A stretch of DNA of 51,998 nt from Chiloscyllium plagiosum (taxonomy: Eukaryota): the NCBI RefSeq assembly GCF_004010195.1, contig NC_057718.1:66092770-66144767 (forward strand), in the 5' to 3' direction. Positions 23,833 through 36,648 of the stretch are shown here, piece by piece. Position 1 is the stretch's first letter, and each line of letters begins with the position of its first letter. A program made the translations under genes and the position numbers. Under the pieces are notes generated by a model that made no database searches, was not told the origin of the DNA, and saw only the letters and a list, made by a program, of their open reading frames with translations.

Positions 23833-26800
23833 AACCATAACATCATAAGGTATAGAAGCAGAATTAGGCCATTCGGCCAAAGCGTCTGCTCTGCCATTTA
23901 ATCATGGCTGATGTGTTTTTCGACCCCATTCTCCTGCCTTATCCACTTACCCATCAAGAACATATCTATCTCTATCTAAAATGCACTCAGTGACTTAGCC
24001 TCCACAGTCTTCTGTGCCAGTGAGTTCTACATGTTAACCATCTTATGGCTGAAGAGATTCCTTCTCATATCAATTCAAAAGAGTCGCACCCTTCATTGTG
24101 CTCTTGGATCCTAGTCTCTCCTACTCGTAGAAACATCTCTATGTCCACTCTATCCAGGCCTCTCTGTATTCCAAACTTCAATGAAATGCACCCCCACATC
24201 CTTCTAAACTCCATTAAATATAGACCCAGAGTCCTCAACTGCTCCTCATGAGACAAGCCCTTCCATTTGAAGGATCACTCTTGTTAACCTCCTCTGGATC
24301 CCCTCCAATGCCAGCACATCCTTCCATAGATGCAGGGCCCAAAATTGCTCTCAATATTTTAAATGTGATCTGATCAAAGCCTTATGCAGCCTCAGCAGTT
24401 CTAGCACTCTTGAATGTTAGTATTGCCTTTGCCTTCCTAACTGCCAATTCAACCTGCATGTTAACCTTATGAGAGTCTTGAACTAGGACTCGCAAGTTTC
24501 TTGTGCTTCAGATTCCCAAAACCTATCCCTCTTTAGAAAACAGTTTATGCCTTTTCTTCCTACCAAAGTGCATAACCTCACACTTTCCCACTTTGTATTC
24601 AATGTGCCACTTCTTTCTCCGCTCTCCTGGCCTGTCCAAACTCCTCTGCAGTCTCCTGCTTCCTCAACACTACTTGACCCTCCATCTATCTTTGTGTTAT
24701 CTGCAAACTTGGCAGCAATACCCTCAGTTCTTTTGTGCAGATCAAATGTATAATGTGAATAATTGTGATCTCAACACTGACCCCTGTGGATTACCTCTCG
24801 TCACCAGCTGTCATCTGATAAAGACCCCTTTATCCCACCTCTATCCTTGCCAGTACCTTACCCCTAACACCATAGGCTCTTATCTTGTTTAGTAGCCTCC
24901 TGGGCGGCACCTTGTTAAAGACCTTCTGGAAATCCAAATATATCATGTCCACTGACTCTCCCTTATCAAAGTTGCTCGTTACCTCAAGTTGACAAAGCCA
25001 TGCTGACTCATCCCTATTTTACCATGCACCTCCAAGCACTCTGCAAACTCATCCTTAATAATGGACTTTTAATTCTTATCAATAATTGGCCTAAAGTTTG
25101 CTGTTTTCTGTCTCTCTCCCCTTAAACAGGGGTAGTATATTAATCGTTTTCCTGTCATGACTCTATGACTTCCTGACTCTGGTGATTCCTGAAAGATCAC
25201 AACTAATGTTTCAGAATTCCTGGATACAGTCTATCTGGTCTAGGTGACGTATCCACCTTCAGACCTTTCACCTTCCCTGGTACGTCCTTAGTGATGGCCA
25301 CGACACTCATCTCTGCCCCCTGACTCTCCTGAGGTTGTAGAATGCTGCAGGTGTCTTCCACTGTGAAAACTGATGCAAAGTACCTATTTAGTTTTAAGCC
25401 ATTTCTCTTTTCTCATTATTATTTCTTTAGTTTCATTTCCAGTAGACCAAGGTCCCTTCTTGCTTCTTTCTTACCTTTTATATATTAAAAAAACACTTGC
25501 AATCTTTTATATTGTTAGCAAGTTTTCACTCATATTTCATCTTTATTGCTTTTTTAGCTATCCTCTGCTGGTTTTTAAAGGTTTCCCAATCCTCTGGCTT
25601 TCCACTAATCTTCACCACTATATACGTCCCTTTTGCTTTTATGCTGATCCTGACTTCCCTTGTCAGCCATAGTTGCTTACTCAATTCTTTCCATGTGTTT
25701 TTTTCCCTTGGGATGAATTTCTCCTGTGCTTCCTGAATTACACCCAGAAACTCCTGCAATTTCTGCTCCACTGTCTTCCCTGCTTGGCTCCCTTCCAGTC
25801 AACTCTGCCCAGTTACTTCCTGAGGTCTTTGTACCTTTACTCATCCATAATGCCGTTAGATCTGATTCCAGCTTCTCTCTCTCACTGTAGGGTGAATTGT
25901 ATCGTATTATGGTCACTGCCCCCTAGGGGTTCCATCACCTTAAGCTCCCTAATCATGTCTGCCTCATTACACATCACCAATATTGCGTGTTCCCTACTCT
26001 GCTGTATCATATGCTGCTCTAGCACAACATCTGCTACCAACCTGATTTTCCCAGTCTTTCTGCATTTTGAGGACCCCATGATTATTGTAGCAGTGCCTTT
26101 CTTAGCCTTTTCTATCTGCTGATTTATTTTCTTCCCCACATCCTGACTACTACTAGGAGTCCTGTATACAACTCCCATCAGGGTCTTGCTATTGATTTAA
26201 TTTCATTTCTTACTTACAAATCAACCCTGCCCCTTCTGCCCATATGTTTGTTCTTTCAATAGAAAGCGTATACTTGGATATTTAATTCGCAATCCTGATC
26301 ACCTTGCAGTCATGTCTCTGTGATACATACAACATCGTACCTGCAAATTTAAATATGTGCTACAAGCTCATTTGCCTTGATTTACATATTGTGTGCATTT
26401 AAGTACAACGCCCTCGGTTCTGTGTTGACTGCCCCCTTCTTGTAGCTGTCCCTTTTTCTGCTGTGCCTGAAGTTAGATTCCTGAGCCTTTCTGTACTCTG
26501 TCTGATTACTTGTTCTGGAAACTGTAATAACCTCTGCTAAGCCCTTTCCCCCACCTTAACTTCTTCCACAGTTTTCCACTGCAACTGAACCAAGACCGCA
26601 CTCCCCCGTCACCCCTCCCCCACCATTATTTAGTTTAAAGCTGTATACACATCCCTTGTCATGCAATTTGCCAGAAATCTAGTCCCAGCATGATTCCGAT
26701 AGAGCCCATTCCATTCAAATAGTTTACTCCTTCCCCAGCACTAGTGCCAATGTCCCATGAATTCAAACCCGTTTCTCCCGTTGACCCTCTGCCAATTTGT

Positions 26801-27970
26801 GTATGATTTAGGTGGTAATCCAGAGATTAATGCCTTTTTCATTCTGCTTTTTCATTTAGCCCCTAGTTGCTCATATTCCCTCAGAATATTTTTCTCTTTC
26901 TACCATTGGTACCAACATCAACTCGATCTTGTTTCTTCCACTCCAAGTTCCTCTATAGCCCAAATGAGATATCCTGAACCTGGGCACCAGGCAGGCTCCA
27001 CAGCCTTCTGGACTCTTGATCCTGGCCACAAAAAACCCTATCTATTCCCCTGACTATTCTGTCCCCAGTTACAACTACATTTCTCTTCTCCCCTCTCTTG
27101 AATGGCTCCTTGCACCATGATGCTATGATCAGTTTGCTCATCGTCTGTACATCCCCTCTCTTATTCATACGGGGAGCATGAATTTCAAACCCGTTCAACA
27201 AGCTCAAGGGCTGAGGCTCCTTCAGCACTACCTCTTAGATCTCTTTACCTGCAACATTCATAGTCATGCCCTCCTGTCCGTGACCACTGACTGAATTTGA
27301 GGTAGCTAATCTCAGAGGTGTAACTGCCTCCTGAAACATAGCATCCATGTAACTCAGCCCCTTCTTGATGTGTTGCAGTGTTTGAAGCTCAGATTGCAGC
27401 TCATCACCTTTGAGCCAGAGTTCCCAAAGCATCCAACACTTGTTATAGATGTGGCTACTACGAACCACAGTGGTGTCCACCAGCTCCCACATCATACAGT
27501 TGCAACACACTGCCTGACTCAGCATTTCTATTTTATTTACTTAGTTCTTAATCTGATTTTTAAAGATTTACTACTGGTCTTTTCACTTTTCACCTGTAAA
27601 TATTTTCCCTATTTATTTTCAATCTGAAAGTAACCTACAATAGATAGTCAAATTAGTAGCTACCTCGGATGCTGCCTGAATTGCTGTGCTCTTCCAGCAC
27701 CACTGATCCAGAATCTGGTTTCCAGCATCTGCAGTCATTGTTTTTACCAAATTAGTAGCTATGGCCAATCAATGAACTTATGGTTCTCCTGTGATATCTC
27801 TGTTGGGTGCTGGCCCCCCATTCCTGGGCTTCAATTAATCCTGCTAAAATAACCTTATGAGTCAAAAAAAAAAGCAAAAAACACTCCTTCCTTTCTGGAC
27901 CAAATTCCCATGCTGCTTCCAAATTCTGAAATATGTACTCACTTGGTCTGTCTCTCACTATGTATATGAT
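23833..27970 (-). mobile_element. Near-full-length decayed CR1 LINE (ORF1 zinc-finger/esterase + ORF2)
   Basis: ORF1 pieces 'CCNCMMWE...CW..LKGDELQSELQTL' (27235-27525) and SGNH-esterase-like 'VVVTGDRIVRGIDRVFC...LPGAQVQDI' (26953-27228); ORF2 'GVVYRTP', 'LGGSDHN' and RT remnants. 5' limit uncertain. Confidence 0.9.
27663..27749 (+). mobile_element. PLE family A pLTR 3' fragment
   Basis: Near-identical to 31945-32029. Confidence 0.8.
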
Positions 27971-28419
27971 ATCTTGTTCCCAACTGCCTGAAGCTTCCTG
28001 GTCCATATCCTAACTACTTACTGTGTGAAAAAGTTTTGCCACATTGCCCTTACTTCGTTTGGACGTCACTCAAATTCTGTGCCCTCTCACTTTTTTCTTT
28101 TATAGTCAGGAACAGCTTCTCACTATCTGTCAGCTTGCTCATGATTTTGAAATCATCGATTAAATGTTATCTCAGATTGCTTGTTTCGAAGGCCAGTAAA
28201 AGAACAATAAATCTAACTTAGACCTTACTGCATTCCTTTTTACTCTTGACACAATCAAATATGTTAAAATTCCTTACTCTGGTATCTTACTCTGATTATC
28301 CTAATGCTTTGGGAACTTGGTAATACAACATTCTAATTCCCATACTTGGCGGATAGTTTAAACCTTTTCAAAGGCATGAGCAAACCATTCCATGGGAAGT
28401 AAATCTAAAGCCCTCTTTT

Positions 28420-31327
28420 TGAAGTAACTCCACAAGGCAGATATTCTATCACCAAGTCACCCTTTAATTATACATGACCAGTCCTTGACTTTAGTACTGT
28501 TTCGTCAGAGACACTGTCAGCTCTCAGGAGTGTCAGTATCTCTGACACTCTCCTTTTTATCTGTCAACCAGGGATCCATGATTGGGGCTGTTAATCTGCT
28601 CTAATCAGGGAACTCATATTCTATGAGGTCCAGCTGACTGAACTTGTTACAATCACTCCATCTTCTCCCTCTGAGTCTGAGGACATGGACAGATTGTTTT
28701 TCTCAGAGACCGTCCTGGGGCATTTTAGCACTGGGTCAGGTTCATCTAACTCAGCATCTAGTATAGTAATGCACAGGAGTTTGTCTCTTGCATCAGGAAC
28801 ATCTCAGTAGAATTTCACTTTCTTTCAGCGTCAAAGGGGTCAAGGTGGCTACATCCATCCATGTCCATCCCCGGACTCTGAGGACTTGACAACGCTTGAT
28901 GAAGACAGTGAACCCAAGAATCCCAGCAATCTTTCCAATTTTGCTCCTGCAACATTTGCAATTTTGCAGCTTTTATATAGTCCATGTGTTTGTTTAAGAA
29001 TGTCATACCTATGCAAACTTTATACGTCACTGATCCTGACCTTGCATTGACTATACCTGTTACCCATGCAAGGCCATTTCTATGATTCTTACACCAAACA
29101 TTGTCCCTGCATCAAACTGTTGCTCTCGTTTCATGGTGTCTTGTGTCCGGCATTTGCGCTCCTGATATAGTTTCACCCTAACCCACAAATTCAAAAAAAT
29201 CCGATTTAGCCTGGTGCCAAGTTTTCTACCGATTAGCAATTCTGCTGGTGTTATTGCTGTCGTTGCATGGGGGTTGGTCCTATAATCAAATAAGAACTAT
29301 GACAGCTTGGAATGTAGCAAGGCAGTAGGCTGTCTCTTAAACCAGCTTTCAAAGCTCTTTCAGCCAAACCGTTGGATGATGGGTGGTAAAGAGCTATCCT
29401 TGTTTATTGAATCCCATTTGACTTTAGGAAATAACCAAATTCCCTGCTGGTAATTGAGGGCCTGTTATCTGTGACCGACACAGCTGGGACTCCATATATT
29501 GAAAAGATGCATGCAGTTTTTACATCACTGTCCTCATGTTTGACGAATGGACCTTATGCACGTCCAATCACTTTGAATGGGTGTCGATAATGGGTGTTTT
29601 CCCCCTCGATCTAGCATTGAAGAAACCAAGATGGATGTAGTCAATGTCGCAGCTTTGATACCATTACTGCCTGAAAAACAGGAGAAAATTTTTCAGAGAT
29701 GCAAGAGACGGGCTACAGTCTAGTACATGCAGCCCATGTCGGAGTCAGAGGAAAAATATCTCAGGAGAAGCTACAAGAAAAAGAGCAGGCCTTCATCCCC
29801 AAACATAAGGAGAGAGGGATGTAGTGATTGAAATGAGGTTGGCCAGATGGATCTCATTGAGTATGAGATTAGAGCTGTTAACTTGGGCCAATAAAGGAAT
29901 CCTGACTGGCAGATATAAACAGGAGTCTCAGGGATTCTCTTCACTTTGGGGACTGGCTCTGAATTAGCTGATCAGGATACATGTACTGTGTACTTGTAAA
30001 GAAAGGGTGACTTCGTGATACGATACTGGCCTCCATAGAGTTATTTCACTGGGTGACACTGTTGCGACCAGTTTTGCCCCATCACACTTGGGCCTGAAAC
30101 CTTTACTACACTCATTAGTAACTGAACCAGCTGGTTTTCATAAGAGACCAGAACCAAAGTTGTACGCTTAATCTGTCCCCGGTATAGATTCACAGCCTAG
30201 CCAAGGTCTTGCACAAAATTGAGGGCTGAAGTCCAGAGCAAACTGATACAGCCATGCCAGAATCAAACTCCATTAGAACTGGATGATCATTTAACCAGAT
30301 GCTTATTTTTGGTTGGTTTTGATTTTGATGTTCTAGGCAACTTAACTGTTTCAAACCAAATGTTGGTGGATGTTCCAGGGTATGAACTCTCCTGGATACC
30401 GGCATATGAGTTATCTTACTCAACTTAGGTCTAGTAGGACTCTTCAGCTGGCTCGTGTCTGCATACTAGCAGCAACTACAATGGGTTGCTGGCCAAATTC
30501 CTGAAGAAAATTTTAACTGTTTGGCTGAGGCTTGGCTTTGTTTCGGGATTTTGCAGTGAGCTGACCTAGAGTCCCTCTGTTCAGGATATGTCCTGTGTGT
30601 GTCTGTGCAATTGCCTGCACTCAAGAGGTGTTCCCCAAGCTCAGTCACACTGATGAGGATATCCAATTTCATCAGAATATCCTTCAAATCATCTGCTTCA
30701 CTTGCCACATTTTTCAGTTGTAGCATCTGTTTGAAGTCCAGTTGGGCTTCAGCTAGTAAGTGTTTTTGGATAGTAACATCATTAATTCTAAATACCAAAC
30801 AGTTTCTCAGTATCTCATTGAGGATTAAACCAAAGTCACAAGCTTATGCCAGTCATCTTAACTTAGTCATAAATCCAGATCTGAATTCTCCTGCTTCTCA
30901 AATTGCTGAGTAAAAACTATGGCTTCTCAGATTTAGAGGAAGCTTGGGATCATAATATTCCTTAACTATGCCTGTCAATTCTTAAAAGGTTTTAGTATCT
31001 GGTGCCTCAGGGAAAGTTAGGCTTCTGATAATAGAAAAAGCTGTGGGTCTGCTTGTTGTCAGAAGAATTACTTGCTGGTTTTCATCTGCCAGGGTCAAAC
31101 AAGTCAAGCTTTCCAAACAAAGGCATGATAAAGAAATGCTTACCCAACTCCAAGACAACTGTCATGAGCGAGTTACTTCAAGACTGTGCTTTACTCTCAT
31201 TGCCACTGTAATAACTCCACAGAGGCCAATATCCTATCACCAAGTAATCCTTTGTTTACACATGAAGAGTCCTTGGCTTTCGTTCAGCCTCATCAGAGTC
31301 AGCTCTTAGAATGTCAGTATCTCTGAC
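28420..31327 (-). mobile_element. Internally deleted Gypsy (Mag-like) LTR retrotransposon
   Basis: 3' LTR 28420-28660 (TG...CA) with PPT agagggagaaga at 28661-28672; partial 5' LTR 31207-31327 followed by PBS-like TGGCAATGAG; gag 'INDVTIQKHLLAEAQLDF', protease 'LMEFDSGMAVS', integrase 'DTHSK..VTDNRPS..YHPSSNGLAERA'; no RT/RNase H seen. Confidence 0.88.
29597..30048 (+). mobile_element. Inverted 3' internal end + PPT + complete LTR of the same Gypsy family
   Basis: LTR 29820-30048 (tgtagtgattg...ttatttca) aligns to the reverse complement of 28420-28660; PPT aaggagagaggga precedes it; 29597-29819 aligns to the reverse complement of 28661-28900. Confidence 0.8.
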
Positions 31328-34300
31328 AAAACCTGTATTCGTGCGGGATTCCTCTCCCAAGGGGCCCCGAACCAGCCAGAATCACGATCTCAATTAGATA
31401 AAAGTCCTTGTTAGGATGGCCGAAATATCTGTATTTGTGTAATTCAAGAAGGGTTGCCATATTGTATGGAATAATTCGTTTTTTTGGTGCACCATGTTGG
31501 TACGGAATTCTGGATTAGTGGTGCTGGAAGAGCACAGCAGTTCAGTCCAAGGCCCTAAAGGAGCCTTCCACATCCATCAAAATTTTACTTGCACATCCAC
31601 TAATATCATTTATTGTATCCGTTGCTCCCAATGCGGTCTCCTCTACATTGGGGAGACTGGGCGCCTCCTAGCAGAGCGCTTTAGGGAACATCTCCGAGAC
31701 ACCCGCACCAATCAACCAAACCGCCCCGTGGCCCAACATTTCAACTCCCCCTCCCACTCTGCCGAGGACATGGAGGTCCTGGGCCCCCTNNNNNNNNNNN
31801 NNNNNNNNNNNNNNNNNNCTCCCCCACTCACCCATTGTACTCTATGCTACTTTCTCCCCACCCCCACCCTCCTCTAGCTTATCTCTCCATGCTCCAGGCT
31901 CACTGCCTTTATTCCTTTTGCCCGAAACGTCGATTTCGAAGCTCCTTGGATGCTGCCTGAACTGCTGTGCTCTTCCAGCACTACTAATCCAAAATCTGGT
32001 TTCCAGCATCTGCAGTCATTGTTTTTACCATGTTGGTAAGGAAGTCAAGGGGAATACATTCCATAATTATTCTGTGCCAATTCGAAAGTCCAGGAGGGGC
32101 CTCAGCCATCCAGTTTACCAAAATACTTTTCCTTGCACAGAAAGAGAGAATGGAAAATAATCTCTTTCCGTGCATATCCAGGGACGGTAAGCTCGAAAAG
32201 CCCAAAAGGAGAGATGCTGGATCCACTCTAATTTCCGTTCCCATCTATGCCGTCTATGGTTCCAGATGAAGGAACCCAGCCAGCCATACAATTTGCGTAG
32301 TGCCAACCTCGGCAGCATCACCGGAAGCATTCTCATAGGGTATAGGAGACGGGGCAAGACATTCATTTTAATTAATGCTATTCTGCCTAACCAGGAAATT
32401 GGAAGGTCTCCTCATCGCTGGAGGTCCTGCCTTATCCTCTCCAGTAAATGCACAATGTTAGCCTTGTATAGCTGGCCAAATACTGGGGTGATAAAAATGC
32501 CTACATATAAGAAACCCTCCAGGAGAACATCATCTGCATAAAGGGTAATTTTATGTTTACTTGTGCCAATCCTCAGGGCCGTTATATTAAGGTCAGCCCG
32601 TATAGCTTCTGCTAGTGGCTCGATTATTAGCGTAAATAGCAATGGTGAGAGAGGACATCCCTGACGGCAGCCCTACCCACACTGAAGCTATCCGAGCCTA
32701 ATCCGTTGGTAATCACAATTGCTTTGGGATCATTATACAGTTTGAGACCCATTTGGCAAACACGTTTCCAACGCCAAAACTTTCCAATGTGTAAAACAAA
32801 TATGACCACTCAATCCTGTCGAATGCCTTTTCCACATCTAATGAGACTATTACTCCTGGTATCTTTCCCTGATGGCAGGCTTGAATCACATTCAAAACCC
32901 TTCTAACATTATTGGATGATCTACGGCCCTTAATAAACCCCATCTGATCCTCCTTTATGATGTATGGCAATACCCTTTCTAGCCTCAATACTAACGTTTT
33001 AGAAAGAATTTTAAAATCTACATTTAGCAAGGATATTGGTCTGTATGACGCGCAATCTTCTGGGTCCTTTCCTTTTTTGAGAATAAGAGATATTCGCCTC
33101 TTTCAGCGAAGGTGGGAGACAGCCCTGACTGTAAGAGTAGTTATGCATGTCCATAATTGGACCAGCCAATATTCCTGTAAATTCTTTATTGAATTCAGCT
33201 TGAAAGCCATCTGGGCCAGGTGCCTTACTGCTCTGAAGTTGCCTGATTGCGTCAGGTATTTCTTGGATTGTTAGGGGGACATTCAGGACCGATACCTGTT
33301 CCGGAGTTAGGTCCGAAAAGGTCAAGTTTTTAAAAAATGACTGCATCCTCCTAGCTCTATCTTCGCAATCCTGTGATTTATATAAATCAGAATAAAATTT
33401 TCTAAAGATTGCGTTATGATCATGAGTCAGAGTACCCGCACTTTCCTTGATAGACGTGATAGTTTGAGGGCCTTTTTTTTCTTTGTGAGAAATGCTAAGT
33501 ATCTACCAGGTTTATCGCCAAATTCAAATAACCTTTGTTTTGCAAATAATATTTCCCTCTTAGCCATTTGGGTAAGTGTGGTGTTCAGAGCTGTCCTAAG
33601 GGCCGTAATCCTTTGTAATTTGATAATAGAAGGTCTGTCAGCGTATGCTGTTTCAGCTCTTTTTAAGAGAGCTTCGAGCAGACGCTGTTGTTCTCCCTGT
33701 AGTTTTTTCTGGGTCATCGAGTATGAAATGATCAAACCTCACGTGTAAACTTTGATGGTCTCCCACATCATTGATGGGTTGCTAGCTGTACCTAAATTAA
33801 TTTCTAAAAATGTTTTAAATTCTTGAGAGAAGTACTTTACAAATTTACTATCTTTCACCAGGAAGGAATCCATACGCCAATGCCGGGTGGATGTCTCATT
33901 GTTCCTCGCCTTGATTTCCATATATACAGCAGCATGATCAGAAATTGTTATACTACCTATTTTACAGGATGATATGGAATTTTTAAAAATCGGGGCAAAA
34001 AACGTATCAATTCTGGTGTGACATTATGTGGATTGGAGTAAAAAGAAAAATCTCTGCCCTGTGGGTGAAGGCATCTCCACACATCTACCAGTCCTAATTC
34101 TTTGTTCAAATCCACCAATTGTCTGGACCTGGGGGATACACCTGCAGTACTCTTGGGAATCCTATCAATTTCCAGATCCATAATACAATTAAAATCTCCC
34201 CCTATAATTGTATGACGAGCACCGAGAGCCATCAATTTGGAGAAGCCTTCTGTTACAAATTTAAAAGGATGTGCCGGGGGACAATACTGATTTGAGATTC

Positions 34301-35320
34301 CATATTCCTCTCCATTTATAAGAGTTTTAATCAGAATATATTATCCAGATTTGTCTTTTATCTGATTTAGGATTTTGAAAGGGAGATTCTTCCAATTAAG
34401 GGTGACAACTCCCCTACTTTTTGAGCTGAAGGAAGAAAAGAAGGCCTGATCAAATCCACCCTGTCGTAATTTCAAGTGTTCTTTATCCAATAAGTGTGTC
34501 TCCTGTAGGAGAGCTATATCAACCCTTTCTTTCTTGAGGTTTGATAATATTTTCTTCCTTTTGATTGGTGAATTACTCCCCTTGACATTCCAGATGTACC
34601 ATTTAATCGAATGAATAACTATAATCGTCTGGGCAAGTCCGAGACCCCTCGGGAGAAGAAACCCTATCCAAAACATCCTGAGTGTAGAGCATATAAAATT
34701 CACAAAAACAAAGGCTCTTTAATACACTCGCATCAATATAATAAAAAGCTATTTCTAAATTTTAAAAAATATAAGACGTATTTAAACGCAGGTTTTCACC
34801 CTTGTTCCCAGGGGGCATCACTTCCTTTCCAAAAGCCCATCATATCCTCTCCCAACCAGAGCACCACCCTTGACCCAGGCACTCCACGATAGAATAAAGA
34901 AAATTCAAATATACTACAAAGCTAGAGTTAACAGTGAGTACCCCCCCACCCCCACCCACATCAACACCTGGATATATTTGGTAATGTTAATACTATGTAT
35001 GAACATATATAACTATAAAATTACAGTCTCAACAAGTAATAATTAAATATAGTTTTACAAAATAACAGGGGAAAACAGCCCCGCTCCGAAAGACAGAGAT
35101 AAAATAGGATAAGGTAACCACCTCCCCCCACCTACATTAACTAGACCCCCCAGCCTATATAATATATATATTTTAAAAAAGGGGGAGAAAATCGCTAAGT
35201 AAAGAACAAATAAATAAACCCCTCTCCCCACCCCCTGGAGATAATATTAAACAGTAAGGTAATGAAAGGATAAAAAAGGGGGGGTAAACAGTGGTGGGGC
35301 GCGGGCAAACCAACATCATT
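31328..35320 (-). mobile_element. L1/Tx1-clade LINE, frameshifted ORF2 plus upstream spacer
   Basis: APE 'WNVKGSNSPIKRKKIL...IALLQETHL', 'IIGGDFN'; RT 'KAPGPDGF', 'LNVDFKILSK', 'SLDVEKAFDRIEW', '[10 protein letters not shown]', 'MNVLPRLLY'. ORF1 and the 3' end not seen. Confidence 0.92.
31503..32026 (+). mobile_element. PLE family A insertion (inverted pLTR piece + GIY-YIG fragment + pLTR) inside the L1
   Basis: FTCTSTNIIYCIRCSQCGLLYIGETGRLLAERFREH; 31511-31545 is the reverse complement of 31957-31991; flanked by accatgttggta direct repeats; contains an N gap. Confidence 0.9.
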
Positions 35321-35649
35321 CAACACTTGAATTTATTGAAATGCTTTAATGGGAACTGAGTTTTGGAGAACAGTATATGCTGTTTCTGTTGTTAATGACT
35401 GTTTTTAAGCCTCCTCTTCTCATACAGGGGCCAATAATATTATTAAGGAACAAAAGTCTTCTTGGCATTGATTCAAAGCCAGACAGCCTTTCCCATCATA
35501 AAATCTTCATGTTTGCAAATATGAAGCAATTTAATTCCTTTAGGAATCACTCTTATAGGAAATAAAACTTATAATATGAAGTCTTTGATCATCAGCATTG
35601 CACATTGACAGAATATTTTTCACTGATAAATATGCATATTTTGAAGAAA

Positions 35650-36535
35650 CCAGTAACGTGAACAATGAGTGGTAGAAGCCTTAATGCAAAGAGTCTCGTG
35701 AATAAACCAGATGAATGCAGTACGAGACCTTTAAAGCATAATATCATAGCTATTAGTCAAACATGACATAAATGATGGGCAGGAATAACTGATCAGCAAT
35801 CCTGGCTACTGGGCTTTCATACAGGATAGACAGGGGGATTAAAAAAAAAGTGATTTCATTATAGAAAAGTCACAGTTGTGAGGAGGAAAGATATGTATCA
35901 AATGAGGTTGTATAAATTGAACTGAGGAACAAAATAAAATTATCACAGGACCTGAGATATACACTGAACCCTTAAACAGTCAGAGGGAGATGTGACCAAA
36001 TATATAGGGATATCCCTGAGAAGGGCAGAAACAATAAAGTAGCAAAACTGGAGAGATATTTAGCTCAGTGGCAAGAATGTTTTTGGCTGTTTTTATAACT
36101 ATTAGATTGTTTCTAAAGTAGATCTAAATTAGCCTATACTGGACCCCTTGTTTTTCTTGGTATATATTAATGATCAAATAGACTTAAAAGTAAGGAACAT
36201 GATCAAGAAATTTGTAGATGATACAAAATTGACCAAGTTTTGACAATAGAATGTATGTGAATATTAATGGATTGATTCGGGAGGCAGGAACGTGGCACTT
36301 GGAATTCACTCCAGTGAAGTGTTAGGTCGTGCTGTTGGGGAAGACAAACAGGCAAGGAAGTAGTCAATACTATGATACTGACAGTGTAATGCAGCAAAGG
36401 GACCTTGGAGTGTGTATTCACAAATCCCCAAAGGAGAACTAAGTAATAGTTGAAAAGGCATGCAAGATAGTTCATAAAGGAAAAGTGAGTCATAGAATGT
36501 AAGAGCAGCAAGTTTATATTAAAACTGATTTGGAC
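35650..36535 (+). mobile_element. Very decayed, multiply deleted CR1 LINE
   Basis: APE-like start at about 35680-35830; 'aaatttgtagatgatacaaaattg' (KFVDDTK). Confidence 0.6.
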
Positions 36536-36613
36536 TTGCCGGTATTGGACTGGGGTGTACAAAGTTGAAAATCACACAACAACAGGTTATAGTCCAACAA
36601 GTTTCTTTGGAAG

Positions 36614-36648
36614 CACTGGCTTTCGGAGCACTGCTCCTTCATCAGGTG
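36614..36648 (-). ncRNA. Minimal hammerhead ribozyme (PLE family B), helix III/cleavage-site mutation
   Basis: CAC-CTGATGA-A-GGAGC agt GCTCC-GAAA-GCCA-GTG. Confidence 0.65.
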
